Below, piece after piece: positions 1 through 9,402 of a stretch of DNA of 64,000 nucleotides. The notes under the pieces were generated by a model. That model did no database searches and was not told the DNA's origin. It saw only the letters and a program-made list of their open reading frames with translations. Position numbers and translations under genes: made by a program. Numbering within the stretch: position 1 is the stretch's first letter; each line of letters starts with the position of its first letter. The stretch comes from Victivallaceae bacterium (GTDB lineage Bacteria; Verrucomicrobiota; Lentisphaeria; Victivallales; Victivallaceae): NCBI GenBank assembly GCA_041665605.1, contig JBAYIO010000005.1, positions 20,641-84,640 on the forward strand, written 5' to 3'.

Positions 1-8
1 CAAAGGTA

Positions 9-740
9 ATGGTGCAGCCTGAAGAGACGCCGGTTGCGGAACCTGCGGTACTGCCGCCGGTTGAACAATTGGCGCAGGAAGTACGTCTTAATCCTGAAGG
101 CCTTAATCTTTGTCAGGTAGGATACGACAAGGAGACCGGCCGCGTCAAATCCGTTTTTGCCGTCGGTTCAGCCGGAAATACGGATAAGCTGAAGCAGCAG
201 GTGGAAAAGACGCACGGGCAGAGTATGACTTCTGAACAGATGCTGGTGATTTCGACGGAAAATTATGCCTTGCTGCAGCAGTTGGAAAAAATGGGTATCA
301 TCACCATCAATACCCGGGATATGGCTAAAGTATTTGAATCCGAAAGCGCGGCGCCGCCGCGTCCGTCCGACCGTGACCGCCGGCTGGCTTTGAGTCGTCC
401 GGCGCTGGCCGCCGCCGAACGTCAACTGAAAATGGCATCGGTATTGCATGCAGGAGGCTTTGCGGCTGAGGCCGCCTCGCCGGCCATCCAGGCAGTCCTG
501 ACAGCCGCCGGCGCACTCTATGTCCACTCGATAGCGGAAGTTCCGGAAAAAGCTCCGGCGCAATTTGCCGCCGAGATGTTCAAAGCCGTCAGCAGCGCTG
601 CCGGGATCGAACGCAAGCATCTGCTGTTATTGCAGCTTTGCCTGCATGAAGTTCCGGAGGCGGACGATGGCATAACCGATGACGCCGCCGGATTTGTCGC
701 CGCTGTTGCCGAATTCGTCAATCGTCAGGCCATTACTTGA
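9..740 (+). CDS. hypothetical protein, possibly 5'-truncated by the window edge
   Basis: 243-aa ORF. The frame stays open upstream of the ATG to the window start, so the true start may lie outside. No family motif recognised. Ala/Pro-rich linker in the middle. Confidence 0.4.
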   Translation: MVQPEETPVAEPAVLPPVEQLAQEVRLNPEGLNLCQVGYDKETGRVKSVFAVGSAGNTDKLKQQVEKTHGQSMTSEQMLVISTENYALLQQLEKMGIITINTRDMAKVFESESAAPPRPSDRDRRLALSRPALAAAERQLKMASVLHAGGFAAEAASPAIQAVLTAAGALYVHSIAEVPEKAPAQFAAEMFKAVSSAAGIERKHLLLLQLCLHEVPEADDGITDDAAGFVAAVAEFVNRQAIT

Positions 741-832
741 AGAGACCATAAGCTGATTTTCAATTAAAAATCACCGTCGTTAGATGCAGCGGCTGAAATA
801 AAGCGAAGACGCTAAATGTTTCGCCGGAAAGG

Positions 833-1219
833 ATGGAAATGTCAGTTAGTCGTAATGAACCATGCCCGTGCGGGAGTGGAAAGAAATATAAGAAGTGCTG
901 CCTCAACGTGAAGTCTGCAGCGGAGTCGCCATCACGTTTCCGGTTTGAATCCGGAAGTTACGGCGGTCCCGGCCGGCAATACATGCCGTCCATAATCAGT
1001 TACGAACAGATTACTCCAGAAAAGTGGAGTGAACATTTCTGCCTGGTCAACCCGGTTCAATGCTTTGATTCCGGAGATAAGGCGTCGGCTTTGGCCGAAG
1101 CCGATCTGAATGATGCGTCAGCAGCCAAGTCTGACAGCGGATCAGACGAGGATTTCGCAATGAGTCTCAAGAACAAGGGATACATGAAGGTGGATAATTT
1201 TCGGAGAGCAGTAAATTGA
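833..1219 (+). CDS. SEC-C motif domain protein
   Basis: N-terminal [13 protein letters not shown] matches the SecA C-terminal (SEC-C) zinc-binding motif. The rest of the protein is uncharacterised. Confidence 0.7.
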   Translation: MEMSVSRNEPCPCGSGKKYKKCCLNVKSAAESPSRFRFESGSYGGPGRQYMPSIISYEQITPEKWSEHFCLVNPVQCFDSGDKASALAEADLNDASAAKSDSGSDEDFAMSLKNKGYMKVDNFRRAVN

Positions 1220-1465
1220 GCAGTAATTACAGCATATTGCCGTGTGGCGTAAAAGCTCAATTAATTCAATGATCAGCTACGCGTGAAGTTGATTATCCCT
1301 GCATCAAAGTTCAATATTGATCCGGCTTTACCCGATGATTTTCTCGTTACGAAGTCCTCATTCCGACAGACTGCCGGGCCGCATAACTGATTCTTTTATC
1401 GCTGCCGGCGCTGACATGTTTTCCGCTGGTATTGGTACTTTTTTGTTATTTTCTTAATTTACATA

Positions 1466-1494
1466 TTGACAAAAACAGAGATTTAATATATAAT
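1466..1494 (+). promoter_or_regulatory. sigma70-type promoter, perfect consensus (TTGACA-17 nt-TATAAT)
   Basis: TTGACA at 1466-1471, a 17-nt spacer, then TATAAT at 1489-1494. It lies 52 nt upstream of the ATG at 1546. Confidence 0.55.
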
Positions 1495-1498
1495 AACA

Positions 1499-1513
1499 TT
1501 GGACAGTGTCCAA
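1499..1513. promoter_or_regulatory. candidate operator, perfect 7-1-7 palindrome TTGGACA-G-TGTCCAA
   Basis: Starts 5 nt after the -10 hexamer, so it would overlap the predicted transcription start. An AraR-type regulator is encoded at the other end of the locus (7549-8616). Confidence 0.4.
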
Positions 1514-1545
1514 AAATAAAGCAATTGACCAAAACGGCGGATTTT

Positions 1546-2823
1546 ATGAATGGTAAAAGCACAGTAATCACACTTTCAGCGCTGATGTTGTTTTTTTGCA
1601 TTACGCTGGTTTCAACGGCGTCTGACGGTTTTTTCGCTTCCGGTCCGGATCGCGGCGCCGCCCTGCCGGCAGATAAAGTTTATCCTGCCGGACGGATTTT
1701 TCCATATACCGGTTTTTCGCCGAAAAACGTAGAGGAAACTAAGCAGCGGAAGTTCACGCTGGCCGGTCCGGCTTACGGCAAAGGGATTGAAATTCTGATG
1801 CGGCAGGCTGCGGAAGCCAAAATGCCGGTCATCTTTTCATTGGATATTAATTACAAGGGTAAAATTCTGAAAAAAGAGGATCTGGCGGAAAAGGCGATTG
1901 ACTGGAACGCGATTACAGACGACATCACCCGTCAGGTAAAGACCGCCGCCGCCGACAAATCAATCGCCTGGTGGTATCTCACCCCGGAAGAGCTGCGCTG
2001 GTGGATTCCCAATGAGATAAAATATTTGGAGCTGGCGTACAAGGCGATTAAAGCTGCCGACCCGGACAAACGCCCGGTATGGATGTATTCCCCCTGTCAC
2101 CGCAATGATGAAGCCATGGCGAAGGAAGCACGGTTTCAGGACATCGTCGGCAAAGGCACGTATGTCAATTACGCCGGACAGAAAGATTCAAGAGTCTGGG
2201 TGCGCTGGAGTATTGAGCAGGAAATAAGCGCCATCCGCCTGGCGGATAAGAAAGACGCGTTTCCGATTCTGGTGCCTGAAATGTTTCAGGAGCCTGCGGC
2301 GGAAGAAAAAGCCATGATCCCGCAATGGGTCAGGCATGACGTTTATCTCGGACTGGTTTCCGGAGCCAAAGGCATAGCTGTCTTTTCATTATGGGCGCGT
2401 CCGAAATTCCCGTCGCATCCGGTATATTATGAAACATATTGCAAGGTTGCCGAGGAACTTAACGGCGCTGCCGGACTCGGACAGGTTTTCCTGTTTGGCG
2501 AGCCGAAAAATGACATTCAGATGAAGATTGCCGGCGGACCGGCGACAGTCAATTGCAAACTTAAAATAAAAAAAGTGGAGACCTTCACCTATCCGGCAGT
2601 GGCGTTTGCGAATATCGCGTATGGCAATAAACGGTATCTGATCGCAGTGAATTCCGCCAGCAGCAATTTGACGGCTGAATTCACAGGCTTTCCCGAAACA
2701 GGAATTGCGGCGGTAAACGCCTTCTCTGGAAAGGCGGCGGAAATTCCGTTGAACGGTATTTTAAAACTTGAGCTTAAGCCTTATGAAGTCATCGGCCTGG
2801 TCTTTTCTTCAACTGAAAAATAA
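1546..2823 (+). CDS. secreted protein of unknown family (putative glycan hydrolase), paralog of 3630-4970
   Basis: Start moved from the track ORF (1432) to ATG 1546. This gives a signal peptide (MNGKSTVITLSALMLFFCITLVSTA) and places the start downstream of the promoter. Shares blocks with 3630-4970: IAWW.(L/I)TPEELR.W, ADP(D/E)KRPV(W/F)MY, EMFQ(E/Q)P, GAKG. Confidence 0.7.
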   Translation: MNGKSTVITLSALMLFFCITLVSTASDGFFASGPDRGAALPADKVYPAGRIFPYTGFSPKNVEETKQRKFTLAGPAYGKGIEILMRQAAEAKMPVIFSLDINYKGKILKKEDLAEKAIDWNAITDDITRQVKTAAADKSIAWWYLTPEELRWWIPNEIKYLELAYKAIKAADPDKRPVWMYSPCHRNDEAMAKEARFQDIVGKGTYVNYAGQKDSRVWVRWSIEQEISAIRLADKKDAFPILVPEMFQEPAAEEKAMIPQWVRHDVYLGLVSGAKGIAVFSLWARPKFPSHPVYYETYCKVAEELNGAAGLGQVFLFGEPKNDIQMKIAGGPATVNCKLKIKKVETFTYPAVAFANIAYGNKRYLIAVNSASSNLTAEFTGFPETGIAAVNAFSGKAAEIPLNGILKLELKPYEVIGLVFSSTEK

Positions 2824-2859
2824 TTGTTAAAATCAACCAAAATTATGGGGGTAAAAAAG

Positions 2860-3594
2860 ATGAAAACAACAGTAATCAACGGGAATCCTGGAAGGCGTTT
2901 TTTCACACTCATTGAACTCCTCGTGGTGATCGCGATCATCGCGATCCTCGCGGCAATGCTGCTTCCGGCGTTGAATAAAGCCAGGGAAAAGGCCAAGGCG
3001 ATCAAGTGCCTCAGCAATCAGAAACAGATAGGCACCGCGATCACAATGTATCTGGACAGTAATAATCAGTTTTTCTACAGTCCCTCCGTTGCAACGGCAT
3101 CCGAAGCGGGCGATCCGGCAAACGGCATGAACGTGATGTGGTCGGTACGTTTGAAGTTAGATAAATATCTGCCGACATATAATATCTTCTACTGTCCGAC
3201 AAATACGATCACCAATGACCTTAATTGTTCATACGGTTCATTCTATACAATAGTATCACCGAATTATCCGAATTACCCGGCAGTCTCAATGAAAAATCAG
3301 AAATATGCCAAAGTCGGATTTTCGAAGCTTGCATTAATCGGATGTTCATGGAGTGTCAGCACACAAAAACAGTGTTACAGAATGATTTTCAGCGGCGACA
3401 TTACCAGCGAACCTTACGGCCGGCCTTTTTTGACCCATGCCAATCAGGTGGATCTGCTGTTTGCTGACGGGCATGCGGCAGCAAAAGGCATCAATGAACT
3501 TAAGCCGCTATATTGTCCGCAGATTTATCTTACCAATCCTGTAAATATCGGGTCCGCCGCGGACAGAAGCGGTTCATTTTATTACAAGCTTTAA
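2860..3594 (+). CDS. prepilin-type N-terminal domain protein, H-X9-DG family (pseudopilin-like)
   Basis: [33 protein letters not shown]-terminus. C-terminal [12 protein letters not shown] (H-X9-DG). Start chosen at ATG 2860 (MKTTV), preceded by a GGGGG/A-rich stretch. Confidence 0.9.
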   Translation: MKTTVINGNPGRRFFTLIELLVVIAIIAILAAMLLPALNKAREKAKAIKCLSNQKQIGTAITMYLDSNNQFFYSPSVATASEAGDPANGMNVMWSVRLKLDKYLPTYNIFYCPTNTITNDLNCSYGSFYTIVSPNYPNYPAVSMKNQKYAKVGFSKLALIGCSWSVSTQKQCYRMIFSGDITSEPYGRPFLTHANQVDLLFADGHAAAKGINELKPLYCPQIYLTNPVNIGSAADRSGSFYYKL

Positions 3595-3629
3595 CCAAAA
3601 CGGCCAATGCAATTTTATCTGGAGCAAAT

Positions 3630-4970
3630 ATGAAGTTTAACAATGTTGTCATGCTGTCTGTACTATTCGCCGCCACAGGTTGTTCCGGTTTGAATACTGA
3701 TGTGAAAAAGTTTTTCAGTACCGGCGCCAACCCTGCGTCAACCCTGCCTGCCGATCAGATTTATCCGAAAGGTCAGCTCTTTCCGTTCAGCTTCTATTCA
3801 ACCGGCGGCGGGTCGGAAAAAAAGCGCGGTGAACTGCTGCCGGAAGCGGAGCTGCTGGCTGATCAGAAAGAGATTATTGACGCCGGCGTTACCATGATCG
3901 GACCGCAGTATGAATTGAACAACCGCATCGCCGCGGATGCCGCCAAGTACAAGGTGAAGGGTGTTTATACAATAATCCCGGTAATTGACGGGAAGGAAGT
4001 CACCAAAGAATATTTGAAGGAAATAAACGCAAGGAAAGAGCCGCTGGATATAGAGAAACTGCGGCAGTCGGTTTCCGATATCGTCAGCAAAGCCGGAGGC
4101 AGCAAAGAAATTGCCTGGTGGGATATTACTCCTGAAGAACTGCGCCCCTGGGTTCCGCAGGAATTGCTGCTGCTCAAGACCGCAACCGAGGCGATTAAGC
4201 AGGCCGATCCCGAAAAGCGTCCCGTCTTCATGTATTTTCCCGGCCATTATAACGGCAAAGCCATGGGGAAGCTGGCCGTTTATCTGGATATCATTGGCAA
4301 GGGCATGTACACCAATTACAGCAGTATGAAAAATTCAAGAAGCTGGTGCCGCTGGACCATCGAACAGGAAATTGAGGCGATTAAGCTTTCCGGTAACAAA
4401 AACTCCATTCCGGTAGCGGTTACCGAAATGTTCCAGCAGCCGCCCGCGGCGGAAGTAAAACTGATTGATTCATGGGTCAGGTATGATGTGTATTCCGCGC
4501 TGATCGCCGGGGCCAAAGGCGTATTGATATTTTCCGCTTCTAAACGACCAGATTTTTCCGCCAGAAAAGAATATCTGAACGCCTATTTTAAAGTCTGCCG
4601 CGATCTGAACGGGCCGCTGAAACTGGGACAGGTGTTTCTGTTCGGTGCGCCGATGAATGATATTACTCTCACGATTACCGACGGCCCGCAGACCGTGCCG
4701 TTCAAATATAAGACTGCCGGGGCGGACATCACCTATCCCGCGGTAAGCATGGCGAATATTGCGTACAACAGCAGCCGCTATATATTCCTGGTAAATTCCT
4801 CTGACAAGCAGATCGAGGCAGTAGTCGGCGGCCTGGTTTACGGCAGCGGCGTAACGATTGAAGATTTGTTTGCCGGCAGCGAAAAATTTACCGCACCTGA
4901 AGGTGATTTCAGCATAAAACTGGAACCGCTTGAAGCAAAAGCTTTCAGAATCTATAATGCTCAACCATAA
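3630..4970 (+). CDS. lipoprotein of unknown family (putative glycan hydrolase), paralog of 1546-2823
   Basis: Start at ATG 3630 with GGAG at 3621-3624. Lipobox LFAATG-C. Conserved blocks shared with 1546-2823. Confidence 0.75.
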   Translation: MKFNNVVMLSVLFAATGCSGLNTDVKKFFSTGANPASTLPADQIYPKGQLFPFSFYSTGGGSEKKRGELLPEAELLADQKEIIDAGVTMIGPQYELNNRIAADAAKYKVKGVYTIIPVIDGKEVTKEYLKEINARKEPLDIEKLRQSVSDIVSKAGGSKEIAWWDITPEELRPWVPQELLLLKTATEAIKQADPEKRPVFMYFPGHYNGKAMGKLAVYLDIIGKGMYTNYSSMKNSRSWCRWTIEQEIEAIKLSGNKNSIPVAVTEMFQQPPAAEVKLIDSWVRYDVYSALIAGAKGVLIFSASKRPDFSARKEYLNAYFKVCRDLNGPLKLGQVFLFGAPMNDITLTITDGPQTVPFKYKTAGADITYPAVSMANIAYNSSRYIFLVNSSDKQIEAVVGGLVYGSGVTIEDLFAGSEKFTAPEGDFSIKLEPLEAKAFRIYNAQP

Positions 4971-5006
4971 AATCTGTCTGCTGAATTATATTACACGGAG
5001 TTTCTG

Positions 5007-7562
5007 ATGCCTGAGAATGTTAAAATTGTCCTGAACAGTATTCGCCGCTGCTTTTATCGCGGGGAACATGCTGAATTCGAATTCACCCTGCTGAATTTCT
5101 TTCCTTATAATCTGCCGGGCTGCCGTCTGGAAGTTTCCGTCGGGGAACTCTGGTCGGATGCTTATGACATTCCGGTGTTATCAATTAATGCTGTAAACAT
5201 CAAGTTCAGATTCGATACTGCGATCCTGAAAAGCGGGGAGTATGTTCTCAAATGCCGTTTGTTGCAGCAGGATAAAACCGTTGCCGGAGCCGGCTTCAGC
5301 ATAACGGTGGCGACAGCCCGGAAACGCGGCTGCATGGAGTTATGGCACTGGCCGGCGACAGTTCATTACAACGCGCTCGAAGCTGATGATGAATCGGCCA
5401 GACTTGAAATCGACAAATTGGCGGCAATGGGCTACACCTGGGCGCAGCTCAGGGCGAGCTGGGCTGTGGTCAATCCGGGAAAAGCAACTGATTTGATCGA
5501 ATATGCCATGGCGCGCGGCATTGATATGGGCATTCTTATTGAAAACGGCAATGGCGGCTGCTTCAGGGCAGACCGTGACGTGCCGCCGGAAGCCAGGCTG
5601 ATTGACAGCAGCGGCAAGGTGACCGAATTCGTTTTTCCGCACCATCCAATGGTGTTGAATAAGCATCGGATATTGCTTGAACGCATCATGCTGCTGTTCC
5701 GGGAGCTGCCTTCATGCACCACCGTTTTTGTGAACAGCGAAGTGGAAGACAAATTGAAGCTGCCATGCAATCCGGAAGCGCTGAAAATGCACGAGGCGGC
5801 GCTGGGCTTTTCGCCTTTGGAAAAATTGAAAAGCACTGAACGGGTTTTTGCCTCACCCTATCCTGATGCGCCGTTTGTTTCTCCCGGCGTAATTGCCGAT
5901 GATGATCCGGAATATCTGTACGCCAAATACTTTTTTAAACACGGCGACGGTTTTGTCATAACCAACGGCACGATGGCTGAAGTTATTCACCGCTACCGTC
6001 CGGATGTAAAAGTTATTACCGACCCGCTGCGGCTGTGTTCAGTTTACGGGCGCTTTGACGGCGCGGATATTGTGAGTTCATGGACATATACCAACCCCGA
6101 CCCGAAAGCTACATTATTCATAGAAACGCTGCTGGCCGAGGCCCGCCCGGACAACAAGGATGTAATTCATACCATTACCCTGTGGAACTATGCAGGAAGC
6201 CTTATACCCAGCGGAAAAGACCGTTTTGCCCGCGACAAGACACTGCGCATGGAGCCGGACCGTTTGCTGGAAAATGCCTGGATTAATTTTGCGCGCGGCC
6301 CCAAAGGCATCGGAACTTACTTCGGCAGTCCCATGGAACTGTTTTTCGAAAACGGCGATCCGTTCATATATTCCCCGGAAACGGAAAAAGCCATCGGTGA
6401 TTTTGCGCTTAATGTGATGGCGCCGTTCGGCGAGATGGTCCGAAAAACCGCCGCGGTTCCGCGCCGGGCGGCCGTCCTTGACTCTTTTGCCTCCAGGGTT
6501 TATGGCGTCTGTCCCCGTCCTTACAATCATTATCCGATTTATTACATCTACAACTTTTATACTGTTTTGAATATGGCGCATATTCCGGCCGATGTGCTGT
6601 TCGACGAAACCATAGTTGAAAAAGGGCTTGACAGCTATGATTTGCTGGTGCTGCCCAACTGCGACACCTTGCCGGAAAGCGTCTATAAGGAGATATTGAA
6701 GTTTGTCCGCAAAGGTGGAATCGTCGTTGCCGACCAGTATCTCCGGGCGGACATTCCCGGCGTCATCCGCTTTGATTTTGACTTTACCTACCGTTCCCGC
6801 GTAAATGCCAATGCCAATGCGCGGGGAATGGATTTTGCCGTAAAAGACGATACTGCTTTCCGGCAGGACAGCGATGAAAAACAGCTTGAAGGGGTCACCG
6901 CCGAAGCTGACCAGCAGGCGCTTGAAACCTATGCGGCGAAAGTCCGCGAAACGCTTGACGGAAAAATTGTCCGTGACGTGGATTGTTCATCGCCGCGTCT
7001 GCTGCTGAATATGCGCGAATACAGCGGCATAAAATATCTCTTTGTCGTGAACGATCACCGTACTTACGGAGAGCGTGTCGGCAAATACAAATCAATGCTG
7101 GAAAAAGGGCTGCCCGAAAACGCGGAGTTCACTGTCCGCGATCCCGGTTTTGAGCCGGTAATTTACGAACTGACTACTCACTGCCGGCTTGAGTGCCGCA
7201 AAAATGCTGAAGGGAATTATAATTTCGAGCTGAATGTTCCCGCCGCCGGAGGGTGCATTGTTGCGTTTTATCCGGCTGCGCTGGGGCCGGCCGGGATTGA
7301 AGTTCCGCCATGTATTACACGCGGAACGCGCTCAGTCATTAACGTCTCGCTTGGAAATGCAGCCGGACTCCAGCCGCTGAAAATTGCCATGACAGACTCG
7401 AAAGGTTGCCGCAGCGAGTTCAGCGGATACTATCTGGCGGAAAACGGCTCATGCTCGATGGAATTTATCCCGGCGGCAAATGAGCCCTCCGGAAAATGGT
7501 CTGTGGAAACCATTGATTTGACATCCGGCGATAAATGCAGGAAAGATATTAATATTGCTTGA
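5007..7562 (+). CDS. large cytoplasmic protein, putative glycoside hydrolase with a GH42-like C-terminal module
   Basis: 851 aa with no signal peptide. GGAG precedes the ATG. The segment YDLLVLPNCDTLPESVYKEILKFVRKGGIVVADQ resembles the glutamine-amidotransferase-like trimerisation module of GH42-type enzymes. The family call is tentative. Confidence 0.6.
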   Translation: MPENVKIVLNSIRRCFYRGEHAEFEFTLLNFFPYNLPGCRLEVSVGELWSDAYDIPVLSINAVNIKFRFDTAILKSGEYVLKCRLLQQDKTVAGAGFSITVATARKRGCMELWHWPATVHYNALEADDESARLEIDKLAAMGYTWAQLRASWAVVNPGKATDLIEYAMARGIDMGILIENGNGGCFRADRDVPPEARLIDSSGKVTEFVFPHHPMVLNKHRILLERIMLLFRELPSCTTVFVNSEVEDKLKLPCNPEALKMHEAALGFSPLEKLKSTERVFASPYPDAPFVSPGVIADDDPEYLYAKYFFKHGDGFVITNGTMAEVIHRYRPDVKVITDPLRLCSVYGRFDGADIVSSWTYTNPDPKATLFIETLLAEARPDNKDVIHTITLWNYAGSLIPSGKDRFARDKTLRMEPDRLLENAWINFARGPKGIGTYFGSPMELFFENGDPFIYSPETEKAIGDFALNVMAPFGEMVRKTAAVPRRAAVLDSFASRVYGVCPRPYNHYPIYYIYNFYTVLNMAHIPADVLFDETIVEKGLDSYDLLVLPNCDTLPESVYKEILKFVRKGGIVVADQYLRADIPGVIRFDFDFTYRSRVNANANARGMDFAVKDDTAFRQDSDEKQLEGVTAEADQQALETYAAKVRETLDGKIVRDVDCSSPRLLLNMREYSGIKYLFVVNDHRTYGERVGKYKSMLEKGLPENAEFTVRDPGFEPVIYELTTHCRLECRKNAEGNYNFELNVPAAGGCIVAFYPAALGPAGIEVPPCITRGTRSVINVSLGNAAGLQPLKIAMTDSKGCRSEFSGYYLAENGSCSMEFIPAANEPSGKWSVETIDLTSGDKCRKDINIA

Positions 7563-8616
7563 CGCTGGTTCGCTCAACAAGCGTGCTATGGACATGGCTG
7601 ATTTCAGGCTTTTCGCCGTTCAGAATCCATTTTTGCAGCATATCGACAGCGGCTTCGCCCTGTTCGCGCGCCGGTTCAGCAAAAAACGACAATCCGTTGA
7701 GTTCCGCATCCGGCCAGGTGATTCCGTCATAAGAGATAACCGAAAGATCGTCGGGTATTCTGATCTTATGTTTCCGGCACGAACTGAAAAGCAGTGCGGC
7801 CCGGTAATCGCGAACTGTAAATATTGCGGTCGGCATATTTGTTTTGAGCCGGAGCAGATAATCATCGGTTTTCTCATGGTCCTCCTGGTAAATATCTGCC
7901 AGACACCACTCTTTGTTAAATTCCAGATCCTCTTCAGCCAGTGCGCCTTTGAATCCGGTGAAGAATTCTTTGTAAAAGTAATTTTCCGGACTGCCGAGCC
8001 AGATTCCGATGCGCCGGTGTCCCTTGCTCTTCAAATACCGTACCGCGTTTCTGGCAATTTCACGGAAATCCAAAAATACCTTTACCGCATCAAATCCGTT
8101 CATATCCGAAGCAATGACGTAAGGGATGCCGGCTTTTTCAAGCGGTTTGATCAGGTCTGCATAATTACCGCACTGCAAGTATATGACGCCCTGGATGTCG
8201 CCTTTGGTGTACAGTGTTATGATTTCATCGGTGACAGTATCCGAGTCGGAAAAATTCATCAGATATTCGGAATTTTTCCTCTCCGCGCCGGCACAGGCGC
8301 CAAGCAGTAACTGCGACGCCACCGGCAGATAATTGAAAGTCCCGAAGTCCGAGGTTTTCAGAAAAAAGCGCTTGAGCACCGGACGTCCGACCAGGGTTCC
8401 GGTCACCAGCACGCCGCGCCCCGGATAAAGCTGCACCAGCCCTTCTTCCTGCAGCAGGCGGAAAATATTATGCACCGTACTTTTGGAGATGTTGAGTTTT
8501 GCGCCGATCGAACGGGCCGACGGCAGATATGATCCCGGCTTGTATTTCCCGGATAAAATAGCCTCCCGCAGATAAGCACGTCCGCCCTGCGCTTTTGATT
8601 TGATTGTATCCGTCAT
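7549..8616 (-). CDS. AraR-type chimeric regulator (GntR wHTH N-terminus plus LacI/PBP1 sugar-binding C-terminus)
   Basis: N-terminus: ILSGKYKPGSYLPSARSIGAKLNISKSTVHNIFRLLQEEGLV...GRGVLV. C-terminus has LacI-type blocks (RRIGIW, TAIFTVRDY, IPDDLSVISYDG). Confidence 0.85.
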   Translation of the reverse strand: MTDTIKSKAQGGRAYLREAILSGKYKPGSYLPSARSIGAKLNISKSTVHNIFRLLQEEGLVQLYPGRGVLVTGTLVGRPVLKRFFLKTSDFGTFNYLPVASQLLLGACAGAERKNSEYLMNFSDSDTVTDEIITLYTKGDIQGVIYLQCGNYADLIKPLEKAGIPYVIASDMNGFDAVKVFLDFREIARNAVRYLKSKGHRRIGIWLGSPENYFYKEFFTGFKGALAEEDLEFNKEWCLADIYQEDHEKTDDYLLRLKTNMPTAIFTVRDYRAALLFSSCRKHKIRIPDDLSVISYDGITWPDAELNGLSFFAEPAREQGEAAVDMLQKWILNGEKPEISHVHSTLVERTSVKQY

Positions 8617-8866
8617 TTTCGCCTCCCGGCAGTCATCACCCGGCCATACTATTGCATCCGTACATTATAATTTATAACCGCAAGGCATGAAAACAAGAAA
8701 TCACGGAATAAATCCCGTGGAATTTACCACAAAAAACAGCGGAAAAAATGTTTATACACGGACTTTAACTCCGGCGTGATATCTTTTTATCGAAAACAGG
8801 TTGCAAAACCGGCATTCAAGATGCAATTTATTAAAAATAACAATCATGATTAACAATTAACTGGAT

Positions 8867-9388
8867 ATGACTATCATGGAAAAACATACAATTTCGGTTT
8901 TGGTTGAAAATAAATTCGGGGTTCTGGCCAGGATTGCGGGGCTGTTCAGCGGCCGCGGCTACAATATCTCGTCGCTGACCGTCAACGAGACGCACGATCC
9001 GAACGTATCCAAGATGACAATTGTCACCACCGGTGATGAAGCGGTGCTTGAACAGATTGACAAGCAGCTTAACAAGCTGGTGGACGTGATTAAAGTCGAA
9101 GACCTGACCGGCAGCCGTTTCATCGAGCGTGAACTGGCATTGATCAAAGTCAAAGCGGAGAACCATGAGCAGCGTTCACAGATACTGCAACTGGTCGAGA
9201 TTTTTGAAGGCAAGATTGTGCTGGTCCATACCAATGAACTGGGCATTGAGCTTCACGGCAGAGCGGATAAAATTGATAATTTCATTGAACTGATCAAAGA
9301 TTATGAAATTGTCGAGACTGCGCGTTCCGGCCGGGTGGCGATTTCGCGCACCGCGGGGAAAAATGAGGATATCAAGACCATCAATTAA
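8867..9388 (+). CDS. ilvH: acetolactate synthase small (regulatory, ACT-domain) subunit
   Basis: ISVLVENKFGVLARIAGLFSGRGYNISSLTV...MTIVTTGDEAVLEQIDKQLNKLVDV aligns closely with E. coli IlvH as recalled. No large subunit is adjacent. Confidence 0.9.
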   Translation: MTIMEKHTISVLVENKFGVLARIAGLFSGRGYNISSLTVNETHDPNVSKMTIVTTGDEAVLEQIDKQLNKLVDVIKVEDLTGSRFIERELALIKVKAENHEQRSQILQLVEIFEGKIVLVHTNELGIELHGRADKIDNFIELIKDYEIVETARSGRVAISRTAGKNEDIKTIN

Positions 9389-9402
9389 CGACAGGGCTGA
9401 TT

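Noticed and set aside
1432-1545. N-terminal extensions of track ORFs (1432, 2824, 3513, 31485, 33683, 49113, 56517, 58045)
   Set aside because: Each extension precedes an internal ATG that has a Shine-Dalgarno sequence and/or produces a proper signal peptide or lipobox. Two extensions (1432 and 58045) would run through consensus promoter hexamers.
7555-8310. 251-aa plus-strand ORF
   Set aside because: It is antisense to the AraR-type regulator, whose wHTH and LacI-type blocks are clear.
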